From: a bacterium
GTDB lineage: Bacteria > UBA8248
Direction of reading: 5' to 3'
Assembly: GCA_965219955.1 (NCBI GenBank)
Contig: OZ244799.1
Location: 4,064,001-4,128,000, forward strand
DNA: 64,000 bases
Below are positions 39,823-49,829 of this stretch, piece after piece; position 1 is the stretch's first letter, and every line of letters begins with the position of its first letter. A model generated the notes under the pieces. It was not told the DNA's origin. It was given only the letters and a program-made list of their open reading frames with translations, and did not search any database. The position numbers and the translations under genes were made by a program.

Positions 39823-40212
39823 TTGCTCGCATCTCCTCTCGTTTCGTCGCATTTCCCGGTTTCATGCGGGCGGCGGATGCGCCTAATATACATCATCGCG
39901 CCCGGGGAAAAACCCCCCGGCCCGCCCCCGTTTCCCACCGGTTTTATTTTCAGAAAAACGTCGTGAATTTACCGGAATTTATCTTATTGTATCGAATTTT
40001 CCGGATATAAAACCCGGGCGATGGGGGGCCGTTGAAAAAGCCCCGAAAAGGAGAGGTTGACCTGACTGATCCGGGAAGGCGTACTGAACTCGTTTTTGCT
40101 CGTCACTCCCGGAATTGCAGGGTAATTCTGCTACCCCCACAAGGGGGGAGCGAATTGAGATTACTCAACGAGGAGTGACGGCAGCCTGCGCTGTCTAATC
40201 ATTCAGCCACGC

Positions 40213-40797
40213 CTACTTGAGCAGCGCCGCTTTCAGCCGCTTATAAACTTCCGTGCCCCTGAGCGCTGCGTTCTCTTTCGCATAGTCCCAGGGCGTCTTG
40301 CCGGATTTGTTTCTTGCCGCAGGGTTCGCGCCCGCATCGAGCAGCGCCGCCACGACCGCAGCTGCCTTGCTCTCCCGCGCCGCGGTGTGCAGAGGCGTTT
40401 GCTTGAACTTGTCCCGAATGTTCACTTTGGCGCCCGCCTTCACCAGCGCCTGGACTATCGCCGGCGTTCTGCCGAACGCAGCGGCCGCGTGCAGGGGCGT
40501 CGTTCTCTTGTAGAGATTCCGCGCGTTGGGATCCGCCCCCGCCTTCACGAGCGCCTCGATGACCGCCGGGTTCCTGCCGTAAGCCGCCGCATTGTGCAGG
40601 GGGGTGTCTCCGCTGAATACGCTCCGCGAGACCGGGTTCTCCCCGGCCTTGATGCACCGGGCGATATCCTTTGCGCCTGCGCGCTCGAAGAAGGCTTGCG
40701 TGTTCCAGTCGCCGCACGAAGCCCCCGCCGCCGTCGCGGGCGCCGCGCCCGTCCACGCCATGAGCCACAGGCACAGCATCACCAGGAGTGGCTTCAT
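40213..40797 (-). CDS. Secreted ankyrin-repeat protein
   Basis: Signal peptide; repeats TPLHNAA/TPLHAAA/TPLHTAA...LVKAGADPNARN. Confidence 0.9.
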   Translation of the reverse strand: MKPLLVMLCLWLMAWTGAAPATAAGASCGDWNTQAFFERAGAKDIARCIKAGENPVSRSVFSGDTPLHNAAAYGRNPAVIEALVKAGADPNARNLYKRTTPLHAAAAFGRTPAIVQALVKAGAKVNIRDKFKQTPLHTAARESKAAAVVAALLDAGANPAARNKSGKTPWDYAKENAALRGTEVYKRLKAALLK

Positions 40798-40983
40798 CTC
40801 CCCTGTCTCCTTCACTTCACGGAATCAAGCCGCCACGTTTCGCGGGTGGCGTCTTTGAGTTTGCCTGTCATTCCGGCATCCAAGCGGATGAGGAGCGAAC
40901 TGTCAATCCCGGTTTGGAAAGGAGGGTGCAGGTGATTACCGAAAGGTGTCGACCAATGGGAGCAGGCGATTTTGCTTTTGATT

Positions 40984-41497
40984 GTCATTCCGGCGCATGC
41001 CGGAATCCAGAGCTGATAAGGATGCCGACATCACAGGACGACCCATATAAACGATAAAATGAAAAGACGAAACCAGAGGCAAAGTCCCTGGATTCCGGCA
41101 TGCACCGGAATGACGGACAAAACCGCACCGCCTCATCCTGAGTAGCGGCGGAGCCGCGTATCGAAGGCCGAACGCGATTGATGAATGAGTGTTTGCTCTC
41201 GTCCCAGTGCGCCCCCTCGCCCTTCGATACAAACGCTCCTTTCTCAGTCGCGTTTTACCTTCGGCGGCTACTCAGGGTGAGGAAAGGGGGGTAGGGGGGT
41301 GCTTTTATCCCCTGACAAGGGCCGGCTTTTTCAACAACCCCTTGAGGGTCGAGCTTTCCCCCTCGGGAAGCTCGACGATGAAGCCGAGCGTTTTGTGCGA
41401 AGGCTGAATCGGTGGGAAGAGCTTTCGTAAGGGCGGACCCCTGTGTCCGCCCGGAACGTAAAGAGGGAGCCGGACAGGCACGGGGGCCTGTCCCTAC
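40984..41497. repeat. Mosaic of palindromic repeat modules
   Basis: GTCATTCCGGC..CCGGAATCC inverted pair, CCTCATCCTGAGTAG..TCGAAGG / CCTTCGA..CTCAGGGTGAGG pair, TTTTTCAACAACCCC end, GTAG-type REPs. Confidence 0.85.
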
Positions 41498-41566
41498 GGG
41501 ACTCTACAAGTGAATGATGTCGTCGTCAGAGATATATGTCCGCCACCCCTGTGGTCGTCCATAGCT

Positions 41567-41884
41567 CTACCGGACCGCGCGCACTTCGAGCCTGATCCCC
41601 TCGCGCTCCTGGAGCCGGGCGATGACGTCGAAGAGGTTCCGCGCCTGGGGATTGCCATCCGGCCCGAACATGCGCATGAGGCTCTTCGGCGATTTTCCGG
41701 TGAGTGCACCCAGGGTCTCGAAGCCGACCGTCGCGTTGATGAAATCGCGCAGGGCCGCCTTGGCCGTTTCCACCTCGCCCGAGAGGAGGCATTCGACGCC
41801 TTCTTTCAACAACTCCTCCCGGAAGGCCGGATCGCGCACGACCCTTGCCTGAATCGTTTCCCTGAAATCCCGCGTGAGTGGCAT
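41567..41884 (-). CDS. HTH addiction-module antitoxin
   Basis: MPLTRDFRETI...LRDFINATVGF...KSLMRMFGPDGNP; downstream of the toxin. Confidence 0.85.
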   Translation of the reverse strand: MPLTRDFRETIQARVVRDPAFREELLKEGVECLLSGEVETAKAALRDFINATVGFETLGALTGKSPKSLMRMFGPDGNPQARNLFDVIARLQEREGIRLEVRAVR

Positions 41885-41886
41885 GG

Positions 41887-42216
41887 TTAGTTCTCCTCGT
41901 GTATGCGGTATCTGTATTCCCGCCAAAGACTGCGGGCCAATTCAATGTCGGCTTGCTGGCGGCTTTTGGTTCCTCCTCCCAGGAGAATGATGAGGGTATC
42001 CCCATCTTTTCCGAAATAGATCCGGTAGCCGGGGCCGAAGTTGATTCTGTATTCGAACACGCCGCCGCCTACGCCCTTGGTGTTCGAGAGGTTTCCCTGC
42101 GCCATCCGAACAGTCGCCATTGCGACCTTGGCTGCAGCCTGGGCATTCAGCCGATTGAACCATCTGGCGTATGGACTGCGGCCAACGGCGTCGATGTACT
42201 CCCTTACCTCGATCAT
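41887..42216 (-). CDS. RelE/HigB-like addiction-module toxin
   Basis: GRSPYARWF...GNLSNTKGVGGGVFEYRINFGPGYRIYFG...LLGGGTKSRQQADI. Confidence 0.9.
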   Translation of the reverse strand: MIEVREYIDAVGRSPYARWFNRLNAQAAAKVAMATVRMAQGNLSNTKGVGGGVFEYRINFGPGYRIYFGKDGDTLIILLGGGTKSRQQADIELARSLWREYRYRIHEEN

Positions 42217-42224
42217 TTGATAAA

Positions 42225-42242
42225 GGTAACTTATAAGTTACC
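42225..42242. promoter_or_regulatory. Putative TA operator
   Basis: Perfect 18-bp palindrome GGTAACTTATAAGTTACC, 8 bp upstream of the toxin ATG. Confidence 0.65.
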
Positions 42243-42506
42243 ATATGTCAATCCCTGGAGATGTGTTGCCGACCACGAAAGATATGGGAAGGCGTTTCTA
42301 ATCTACGGCTTTGCTCGTCATTCCGGCATTTCCTCCTTCCTCAGTCGGAAATGATGCCGGAACGACGGGGGGGCTTCCGTGTCGGCGGCGCATCGGTGCC
42401 ATGATTGCGGTTGTGATGGTGGATGATAGAATACACGATTAGAAAAACGCCGGATACGCGCGATGCGTTTGGCTCGTTCCAGCTTGTGGAACCCGAGGAG
42501 CAGCCC

Positions 42507-42602
42507 ATGGCGAAAGAACAGAACCCGCCCCCGAGCAGAAGCGGAAAAGGCCCTGTCAGCAAGCCTCCTCCGCCTCCTCCGCCTCCGCCGAAAAAGAGGT
42601 AG
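42507..42602 (+). CDS. Putative 31-aa polyproline peptide MAKEQNPPPSRSGKGPVSKPPPPPPPPPKKR
   Basis: GAGGAG 6 nt before the ATG; 9 consecutive Pro codons; below the ORF-track size cutoff. Confidence 0.45.
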   Translation: MAKEQNPPPSRSGKGPVSKPPPPPPPPPKKR

Positions 42603-42815
42603 GCGAGGATTGTGCGTTTGGTTTCCGAGCGAGCCATGCGGGCAAAGTAGAGAGCGTTTTTCTTGGTGCCGCGAGATCAGTTTGCTTCAAAGGTGCGTCA
42701 AGAATATAAAACATCTATGGTTTTCTGAAAAAGACAGCCTCTAACTTCTACAAGACCTGAAAAGATATCATCAGAGCATCGAGCGCCGCCGGAAGTCAGT
42801 GCTTAATCGGGATGA

Positions 42816-44177
42816 ATGAACATGGAGAATCTTCAGGAACGCGCAGAGCGTTTGGCGGAACAATGTGCTGAACAGGCGCGCAAACCGTTGGTCATAGAGT
42901 TCGCGGGAGTTCCCAAAGCGGGTAAGACTACCACGCTGAGAAATGTGCAGACGTTTCTCAAACGGTGCGGATTTCATACCGATGTCGTCGTCGAGCGCGC
43001 TTCGGTTTGCCCGATTCGTGACAAGAAGCACGCGAATTTCAATATCTGGACCGCATGCACGACGCTCGCTCAGATTCTGGAAAAGACGCAAAATCCGCCG
43101 CGGCCTGGTGATCCTCATATCCTTTTTCTCGATAGAGGGCTTTTCGACTCCATCTGTTGGTTGACCATGATGGAGCGGCTCTCTCGTTTGCGTAAAGAAG
43201 AAAAAGAAATAATCCAAAAATTTCTGACAGTCGATGACTGGAAGAAGCGCATCTCGGCCGTGTTTGTGATGCTGGTTTCTCCGAAGGATGCGATGACGCG
43301 CGAGCAAGGAATCAGGCCTGCGAATGCGAAAGAAGGCTCCATTATGAATCTCGATATCCTTGGAAAAATCAGGGAAGTGAACAAAGATTGCGCCAAGGAA
43401 CTCGAAGGGGATTTCCGGATTCATACCATCGATACGTCCAGCGGCGCCGCCGGTTTGGATCAGGAATCTACGGCGGAGACTGTCACCGATGTCATTCTAG
43501 GTCTGGTGGAAGAACAACTCGCGGAAAACATACTTTCATGCTCCAGGAAAACAGTAAAGGCATTGTTTGGAGACAAGAATTTCGTTGATGCTTCCAAAGC
43601 GGATGAGCTGGCGCGGCATTTCGAAGGCTCCGAGCATAGTTATTTCAGGACCAGGGATGAGGTGGAACAGGACGCTTCCCGCGTCCAGGCGCTTCCCGTG
43701 GTGGTCGTTCGGAATGCGGATGGGGACGTGCTTCGTCTGCGCCGGCGTGAAAAAAGAGGCGACAACCCCCTTCATGAGAAGATAGTAATCTGGGCCGGGG
43801 GACATGTCCGATGCGAGGATGCCGCCGACGGCGCTCCGCTCGTCAATTGCGCCATTCGGGAACTCGGAGAGGAATTGCGGCTCCAACTCGAGCCCTCATC
43901 GATGAAATTGATTGGAGCGGTGTATTTCGACGATGGCGAGAGAGCTTCGAAACACGTGGCAATCGTGTATGAATGGCGCGCGCCGAAAAACGACGTCTCG
44001 GTGGTGCTCAGCAGAACCGAATTCTTCGAGAGGCGCGGAACGTCTCTCAGCGGGAGTTTCGCGCCCGTCGATAAACTCGTGGCAGATATAAAGAAGAAGA
44101 ATCTTGTAGAACCCTGGTCGGTGGAATTGGTTCGTGAATACCTGGCGAAAGATGAATTTGAGCCGCGTCTGTTCTGA
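42816..44177 (+). CDS. Thymidylate-kinase-like P-loop domain fused to a NUDIX hydrolase domain
   Basis: IEFAGVPKAGKTT, FLDRGLFDS; C-terminal Q.LPVVV, GGHVRCED...AIRELGEEL. Confidence 0.8.
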   Translation: MNMENLQERAERLAEQCAEQARKPLVIEFAGVPKAGKTTTLRNVQTFLKRCGFHTDVVVERASVCPIRDKKHANFNIWTACTTLAQILEKTQNPPRPGDPHILFLDRGLFDSICWLTMMERLSRLRKEEKEIIQKFLTVDDWKKRISAVFVMLVSPKDAMTREQGIRPANAKEGSIMNLDILGKIREVNKDCAKELEGDFRIHTIDTSSGAAGLDQESTAETVTDVILGLVEEQLAENILSCSRKTVKALFGDKNFVDASKADELARHFEGSEHSYFRTRDEVEQDASRVQALPVVVVRNADGDVLRLRRREKRGDNPLHEKIVIWAGGHVRCEDAADGAPLVNCAIRELGEELRLQLEPSSMKLIGAVYFDDGERASKHVAIVYEWRAPKNDVSVVLSRTEFFERRGTSLSGSFAPVDKLVADIKKKNLVEPWSVELVREYLAKDEFEPRLF

Positions 44178-44253
44178 ACCGTTCATTTCTGATTCACGAA
44201 AACGGAGTTCGTGAATCAAGATCACGACGATTTTTCTGTTGTTATTCTCCCCC

Positions 44254-44958
44254 CTACCTCTTCCACTTCACGAAATCCAGCCACCAGGTCTCCCGCACCG
44301 CGTTCCCCAGATTCGGCCGCATGGCGGCGCTTCGGGGCGTGCCGTAGGCGGCTTCCTCCCAGGCGTCCGTGGTCGGGATGGCCGGGTCTTCCATGTCGTA
44401 GAGCGCGATGATGCGGCGCGCGCCCGTCCTGGTCTCCTGAATTTCCGCCTCCGCCGTCGCCCCGCCGGTGGCCTCGGATTCGAGCTGATACACGCGCCCG
44501 CGCGTCATGCCTTGGACCTCATACAAACGCTCCAGGTGTTCCTCGCGGTACCAGGAGAGCATCTCCTCTTTCATCTCCTCGCTCTCGGGATTGGGACTCA
44601 CCATGTAGAGCCAGGGCGCATCGTAGCGGTGCGGCTCGCCGATAGTGGCTTGTAAGCTGTAGACGGCGCGCTCGGCATTGTTGATGAAGGCCATGCACTT
44701 CTTGGTCCACGGCGAGGGGTTGTCTCTGGATTCTTTGTAGTAATCGCTCGTAAACGCCGCGAGTGTATCCCCCTCGAAGGTGCAGAGGATGTTGTGGTTC
44801 GCGTTCTTGTCCACCGCGTTGTAGCGGTAGCCGACGCGGAAGCCGGGGCCGTCCATCCGGTCGGTCGAGTGCTCGCAGTTGTGCCACTTCCTGAATTCTT
44901 CGGTGTTCTCGGAAGCGACGTTCAGCCAGATGGCGACGAGCGCCTGGGTTGGGTTCAT
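44254..44958 (-). CDS. Hypothetical protein with two EthD-like dimeric alpha/beta-barrel repeats
   Basis: EFRKWHNCEH and EMLSWYREEHL repeats; similar layout to 62066-62815. Confidence 0.6.
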   Translation of the reverse strand: MNPTQALVAIWLNVASENTEEFRKWHNCEHSTDRMDGPGFRVGYRYNAVDKNANHNILCTFEGDTLAAFTSDYYKESRDNPSPWTKKCMAFINNAERAVYSLQATIGEPHRYDAPWLYMVSPNPESEEMKEEMLSWYREEHLERLYEVQGMTRGRVYQLESEATGGATAEAEIQETRTGARRIIALYDMEDPAIPTTDAWEEAAYGTPRSAAMRPNLGNAVRETWWLDFVKWKR

Positions 44959-44971
44959 CCCGAAAGTCTCC

Positions 44972-46405
44972 TTATTCGATGCCCGCGAGGCGTTTTGCAT
45001 AATCGATGGCGGGGGCGACCTCGTGTTCGCGCCAGATGGTCATCTTCTCGGCCTCGATGCTGCCCTCGGCGTGAATCGCGAGCACGGCCTGGTAGCCCGC
45101 GAAGTCGGACGCGGTGATCTCCGCGATCAGGTTCATGAGCCTGAGGCGCTCTTCGGTCGACGCGGCGGGCGAGGCGCCCAGGTATTTGTCGATGAGTTCG
45201 GCGAGCTTCGGGTCGTCCATGTCCTCCGCACTCGGCCCCGTGACGAGCAGCCCCCCGGCGATGTCCTGCACCCACGCGAGCGCCTGGTGGTAGCCGGTGG
45301 CGAAGTGGAGCTTCGCGATGTTGATGATCTCCGCATTCGGCACGGCGACGCCGTCCATGACCTTGCACTCCCTCGCGGCTTCTCGCGTCATGCCCCGGCA
45401 GATCTGCGCGTAGGAGATGAGCTTGGCGAGCTTGTCGCGCACGTGGCCCGCGCGCAGGATGCCGTTGTACTCCGCCATGAGGTGCGACGCGCCCACGAAC
45501 AGGTCCACGAGCGGCAGCTTGTAGCTCACGGCGGTGAAGCGGTGGAACTCGACGAACGTCTTGGCCAGCGGCCCGGCCATCTCCACCTCGCCGTTTAAGA
45601 ACACGCGCTCCCAGGGGACTTTCACGTCGTCGAAGACGGTGAGCGTTTCCATCATCTTGTGTTTGCTCGAAATCGGGTTTTCGAAATCCGTTCCCTTCCG
45701 GCCGCCGTAGCCGCTCGCCAGCATGGTGAGGCCCGGCGCGTTGGCGGGCACGGCGCAGGCCACCGCATACGCCTCGTCTCCCGCGCGCATGTTCCGCGTG
45801 GGCAGCACGATGATCTCGTGCGCGTTCGTGGAAACCGAGGTGTGCACCTTGGCCCCGCGCAGGGTGATCCCCTCCTCATCCTCGGCCGCCACGCGGACGT
45901 AGTAATCGGGGTGCGCCTGATCGCCGGGGCCTTTTCCCCTGTCTCCTTTCACGTCGGTCTGGGCGACGGCGACGGCGAGGTCGTTGTCGCGGCAGTGCTC
46001 GTGGAATTTCCGGACGCGCTCCAGGTAGCTCGTGCCCATATTCTTGTCCATGTAGGAGGCGAGCAGGCGGAGTGCGAACAGCGCGTCGGTCCCGATCTCC
46101 TTGATGAGGACGACGAGGGTGCCGCCAAGGGCCGTGGCGCGCTCGATCAAGGCGCTTCTTTTCAGGAGATCGTCCGCGTTCTCGGGGATGTGGTAGTAGC
46201 GCGAATAGGGGCCGCCTGCGCCGTCGACGAGAGCGAGTTCTTTATCCTTCTCGTCTTCGGCCATCTCGTAGTCGATGGCGGCGTGATCGACCGCGATGCC
46301 GATGACGGGGTGGGCGGCCACGTCCTCCACCCGCTCGCCCCGGTAGTAGACGACGCGGCCGTCATTCAGGCTTTGTTTGTATTCACTCGGACTCATGAGC
46401 GGCAT
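44972..46405 (-). CDS. 4-hydroxyphenylacetate 3-hydroxylase / 4-hydroxybutyryl-CoA dehydratase-family flavoprotein
   Basis: EYKQSL..GRVVYYRGERVED...HP, AQTDVKGDR, GITLRGAKVH, VFDDVKVPWERVF, HAEGS. Confidence 0.88.
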   Translation of the reverse strand: MPLMSPSEYKQSLNDGRVVYYRGERVEDVAAHPVIGIAVDHAAIDYEMAEDEKDKELALVDGAGGPYSRYYHIPENADDLLKRSALIERATALGGTLVVLIKEIGTDALFALRLLASYMDKNMGTSYLERVRKFHEHCRDNDLAVAVAQTDVKGDRGKGPGDQAHPDYYVRVAAEDEEGITLRGAKVHTSVSTNAHEIIVLPTRNMRAGDEAYAVACAVPANAPGLTMLASGYGGRKGTDFENPISSKHKMMETLTVFDDVKVPWERVFLNGEVEMAGPLAKTFVEFHRFTAVSYKLPLVDLFVGASHLMAEYNGILRAGHVRDKLAKLISYAQICRGMTREAARECKVMDGVAVPNAEIINIAKLHFATGYHQALAWVQDIAGGLLVTGPSAEDMDDPKLAELIDKYLGASPAASTEERLRLMNLIAEITASDFAGYQAVLAIHAEGSIEAEKMTIWREHEVAPAIDYAKRLAGIE

Positions 46406-46560
46406 GGCGCTTTCCTCCAGGCTCAAAGCCGCGCCCTCGGGTGCGGCGAAATGTGATTTTAGAGAGGGTATCTTCTTTCGCGATTCGGTGAAACGCCGCC
46501 CCGCCGGAATCAGGCGAAAAGAGGGCCGCTCTCGCTTTTATGGCGTGGACGGCTCGGGAG

Positions 46561-47089
46561 GGGAGTGTTGAAAAAGTCCTGATGAAGGAGGGTTTGACGC
46601 AACCGAGGAGGGGTGGTTTTGTAGGTAGCGCTCCCTTCTTGGGAGCGCTACAGACATGCGGCCCTTGTAGTGGGCAAAAAAATCAGGGTCGCATATATGC
46701 GACCCCTACACACAAACAAATTTTCCTCTCGGGGTTTATCAACAAGCCCCTTTGAGGGTGATTGCTGACCGGTGGGAGAAGAATTTCACTCCCCCCTTGA
46801 GAGGGCTGTTGAAAAACCTTCGTGATGGTTTTGTAGGGACAACCCTCCGTGGTTGTCCTTCTGTTAGGACAGGCACGGAGGCCTGTCCCTACGGGACAGT
46901 GGGGTTTTGTTCGTCATTCCGGCGAAAGCCGGAATCCATTTGCTTTGTCTTTGTTTTTTCTTTTCTGATCGATTCGCGCCGATGACGAGGAGATGAAAAG
47001 CCGGCGTATTGTCATTCTGCTTGAAAATGGATTCCGGCTTTCGCCGGAATGACGGCAAACCCGGCATTGCAGGCTTTTTCAACAGCCCC
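46561..47089. repeat. Two adjacent composite palindromic repeat elements
   Basis: GTTGAAAAA / TT(T/A)TCAAC end pairs at about 46561-46750 and 46803-47089, with internal GTAG REPs and a GTCATTCCGGCGAAAGCCGGAATCC inverted pair. Confidence 0.85.
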
Positions 47090-47103
47090 GGTCGGTTCCG
47101 CCT

Positions 47104-47355
47104 TTAAGCGAGTTCGCTCAGCTTTCCTTCCTTGTCGTAGGCCTGAAGCTGCGGGAAGCCGCCGATGACCTCGTCGTCGATGACGATCTGGGGCACCGAC
47201 TTGCCGCCGGTGCGCGCCATCATGGCGTCCCATTCGGGCGTGCCGCCGAAGACGAGGTGCTCGGTCCATTCGAGACCGCGCTTTTTCAATAAATTCTTCG
47301 CGGCCAGGCAGAAGGTGCAGGGCTCGGTGGTGTAGACTTCGATGCTTGCCGCCAT
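47104..47355 (-). CDS. grxC: Glutaredoxin 3
   Basis: YTTEPCTFCLAAKNLL, SVPQIVI, IGG. Confidence 0.9.
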   Translation of the reverse strand: MAASIEVYTTEPCTFCLAAKNLLKKRGLEWTEHLVFGGTPEWDAMMARTGGKSVPQIVIDDEVIGGFPQLQAYDKEGKLSELA

Positions 47356-47437
47356 TTTTCTCTCCATGAAGACGGTATGGATGGGTGTAGCCGACTCGTC
47401 CATAAAATAGCAAAACGGGGATGAATCGTCATCCGGC

Positions 47438-47935
47438 GGGGTTGTTGAAAAAGCCCTGGTCGGCGACCTCGGACAGGCACAGGGGCCTGTCCCTACAAAA
47501 CCGAACACAACAATACGAACCCGTAGGGGCGGCCCCCCGTGGCCGCCCTGCCCTAATGGCCGCATGTGGTCCGTTATTGGCCGTCATTCCGGCGAAAGCC
47601 GGAATCCATTTTTATGCCTTTTGCCTTTCGTCAGGGTTTCTGCGCATCGGTGGGGAATGAAACGCCGTCGTTGATTCACTCTCATCCGCAAATGGATTCC
47701 GGGCAATCCCTCCCTCCTTGGTCGGCATTGATTGCCGGAATGACGAACAAAGCCACACCGCCTCATCCTGAGTAGGCGCGTAAGCGCCGTATCGAAGGAT
47801 GCCCTGTTGCCACGGCGCGAGCCCTTCGCCCTTCGATACGCCGCCTTCGGCGGCTACTCAGGGTGAGGTTGATATGGCGGTATGTAAGTCGATGGGAACG
47901 CCCCGCTCTTGGAACCGGGTTTTTCAACAACTCCC
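47438..47935. repeat. Composite palindromic repeat element
   Basis: GGGGTTGTTGAAAAA...TTTTTCAACAACTCCC enclosing three palindrome families. Confidence 0.85.
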
Positions 47936-48070
47936 TCAGGGGGGGAATGAATCCTCCCTGCTGAATTGGAATAACCCTCAAGGGGGCGGGAGTGTCCGCC
48001 ACATTCCAAAACAGGGCGTTCGCGGCGTCTTGCGCAACGGAAAACCGGCGTCTTCCGCCTCGGGAAATCG

Positions 48071-48154
48071 TTGACACGAAAGAGAAAAGAATATATATCT
48101 TTTCGCCCTGTTGTTTAGGAAACATATTTTTGCAGTCATTCTTTGCTAAACAAC
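48071..48154 (+). promoter_or_regulatory. Putative sigma70 promoter and operator sites of the polyamine operon
   Basis: TTGACA at 48071; palindrome GAAAAGA-N7-TCTTTTC over the -10 region; inverted repeat GTTGTTTAG / CTAAACAAC (48110, 48146). Confidence 0.5.
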
Positions 48155-48300
48155 CGGATCGACCGCCCGGCTCCTCTAGACAACAGATGGAATCGCGCGG
48201 CCGGACCCCCCGAACGGGAGCGTTTTCCCGTTCCGAAGCGGAGCGAACCGGACAGATGGGTGATGAGGTGGAACACGGGGAAAAATCGAACAGGACCGGC

Positions 48301-48861
48301 ATGAGCCGCTCCGTCGAGAGCCTGCTGCGCGTGGGCGCGCGCATCCGGGGCCTGCGCCGCTCCCACGGCCTGACGCAGGAGGAACTCGCCCATCGCTCGA
48401 ACCTGACCAAGGGGTTCATCTCCCAGTTGGAGCGCGACCTGACCTCCCCCTCGCTCGAGAGCCTGCTGGAGATTCTCGAAGCGCTCGACACCGACATCGT
48501 CCGCTTCTTTCAGGGCCACGAGGAGGGGCGAATCGCGTTCGGTCCGATGGATTCGCGCCACGCGGCGACCTACGGGGAAGTGAGTGCCTTCGAGCTCATG
48601 GTGCCCGGAACGGCGAACCGCAACATGGAGCCCGCCCTCGTGACGATGGAGGCGGGCGAGTCGATTTACGAGGACGCCCACGCGGGCGAGGAGTTCGGCT
48701 ACGTCCTGGAGGGCAAGGTTCAGATCACCTACGGGGAGAGGCGCGCCAAGGCGAAAAGGGGCGAGTGGTTTTATTTCGCCTCGGAAAGAAACCACCGGGT
48801 GGCGAACCCCTACAAGAAGCGCGCGAGGCTCCTTTGGGTCTCCACGCCGCCGAGTTTCTGA
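48301..48861 (+). CDS. XRE-HTH/cupin transcriptional regulator (PuuR-like)
   Basis: LTQEELAHRSNLTKGFISQLERDLTSPS; HAGEEFGYVLEG; start uncertain (48257 or 48301). Confidence 0.88.
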   Translation: MSRSVESLLRVGARIRGLRRSHGLTQEELAHRSNLTKGFISQLERDLTSPSLESLLEILEALDTDIVRFFQGHEEGRIAFGPMDSRHAATYGEVSAFELMVPGTANRNMEPALVTMEAGESIYEDAHAGEEFGYVLEGKVQITYGERRAKAKRGEWFYFASERNHRVANPYKKRARLLWVSTPPSF

Positions 48862-48913
48862 TTTCAGGAGGTCTGAGGTTGGTTCGTCGATTCGTCTTTG
48901 GAGGAAGCCTGAG

Positions 48914-49351
48914 TTGAATTCCCTGGGCCGCCACCTGCTGGCGGAATTCTATGACTGCGAAACCGGGGCCCTGAACGATCCCGCGCAGATCGAGCGGTTG
49001 ATGAACGAGGCCGCGCGCCTGAGCGGGGCCACCGTCGTCCAGAGCGTGTTCCACACCTTCAGCCCCCACGGGGTGAGCGGGGTGGTCGTGGTGGAGGAAA
49101 GCCACCTGGCCGTGCATACCTGGCCCGAGCACAACTACGCGGCGGTGGACTATTTCTCCTGCGGGGAAGTCGATTGCGACGCGGCGGTGCGCTATCTCGC
49201 GGAACACCTCGCGCCCGGGCGCGTGGAGACGAGAGAGGTCCCGCGCGGCGTCATCGAAGAACGCGAGGCGTCGCTCGACGCGCCGTTCGCATCGAACGGA
49301 GAGGGAGAGGCCTCCCGCGCCTTCAAGAACGGAGAGGGGCGCGAACGATGA
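48914..49351 (+). CDS. speD: S-adenosylmethionine decarboxylase proenzyme
   Basis: [46 protein letters not shown]. Confidence 0.93.
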   Translation: MNSLGRHLLAEFYDCETGALNDPAQIERLMNEAARLSGATVVQSVFHTFSPHGVSGVVVVEESHLAVHTWPEHNYAAVDYFSCGEVDCDAAVRYLAEHLAPGRVETREVPRGVIEEREASLDAPFASNGEGEASRAFKNGEGRER

Positions 49352-49815
49352 TCGTCGCGACGCCGACCAGGTATTTCCTGGCGCACGGGAGTGCCGAGGG
49401 CGTGACGGAGCTCAACGCCTTCGACGCGGCGCTTCTGCGCGCGGGCGTGGGCGACACGAACCTCGTGCGCGTGAGCAGCATCCTGCCGCCCGGATGCGAG
49501 GGGGTGGAGCCTCCCCCGCTGCCGCCGGGCGCGCTCGTGCCGGCGGCCTACGCGTCCGTGACTTCCTCGGTACCCGGCGAGGTGATCACCGCGGCGGTGG
49601 CGGTCGCCTTGCCCGAAGACGAGGCCCGCCCCGGCCTCATCATGGAGCATCACGGCCACGCCCCGCGCGCGCGTGTGGAAGAGGAGGCCCGGCGCATGGC
49701 GGAGGCGGGCATGGCGTATCGCGGAACGATGGTCCGGGAGATCCGGAGCGTCGCCGCCGAGCACGTCGTGATGAATACCGGCGCCGCCTTCGCGGGAGTC
49801 ATCCTTTGGAACTGA
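49348..49815 (+). CDS. pdaD: Pyruvoyl-dependent arginine decarboxylase
   Basis: [34 protein letters not shown]; ATGA overlap with speD. Confidence 0.9.
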   Translation: MIVATPTRYFLAHGSAEGVTELNAFDAALLRAGVGDTNLVRVSSILPPGCEGVEPPPLPPGALVPAAYASVTSSVPGEVITAAVAVALPEDEARPGLIMEHHGHAPRARVEEEARRMAEAGMAYRGTMVREIRSVAAEHVVMNTGAAFAGVILWN

Positions 49816-49829
49816 CGCGCGCCCCCTTC

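Noticed and set aside
47104-47355. Glutaredoxin as a further selenoprotein
   Set aside because: The active site is ordinary CTFC with no in-frame TGA
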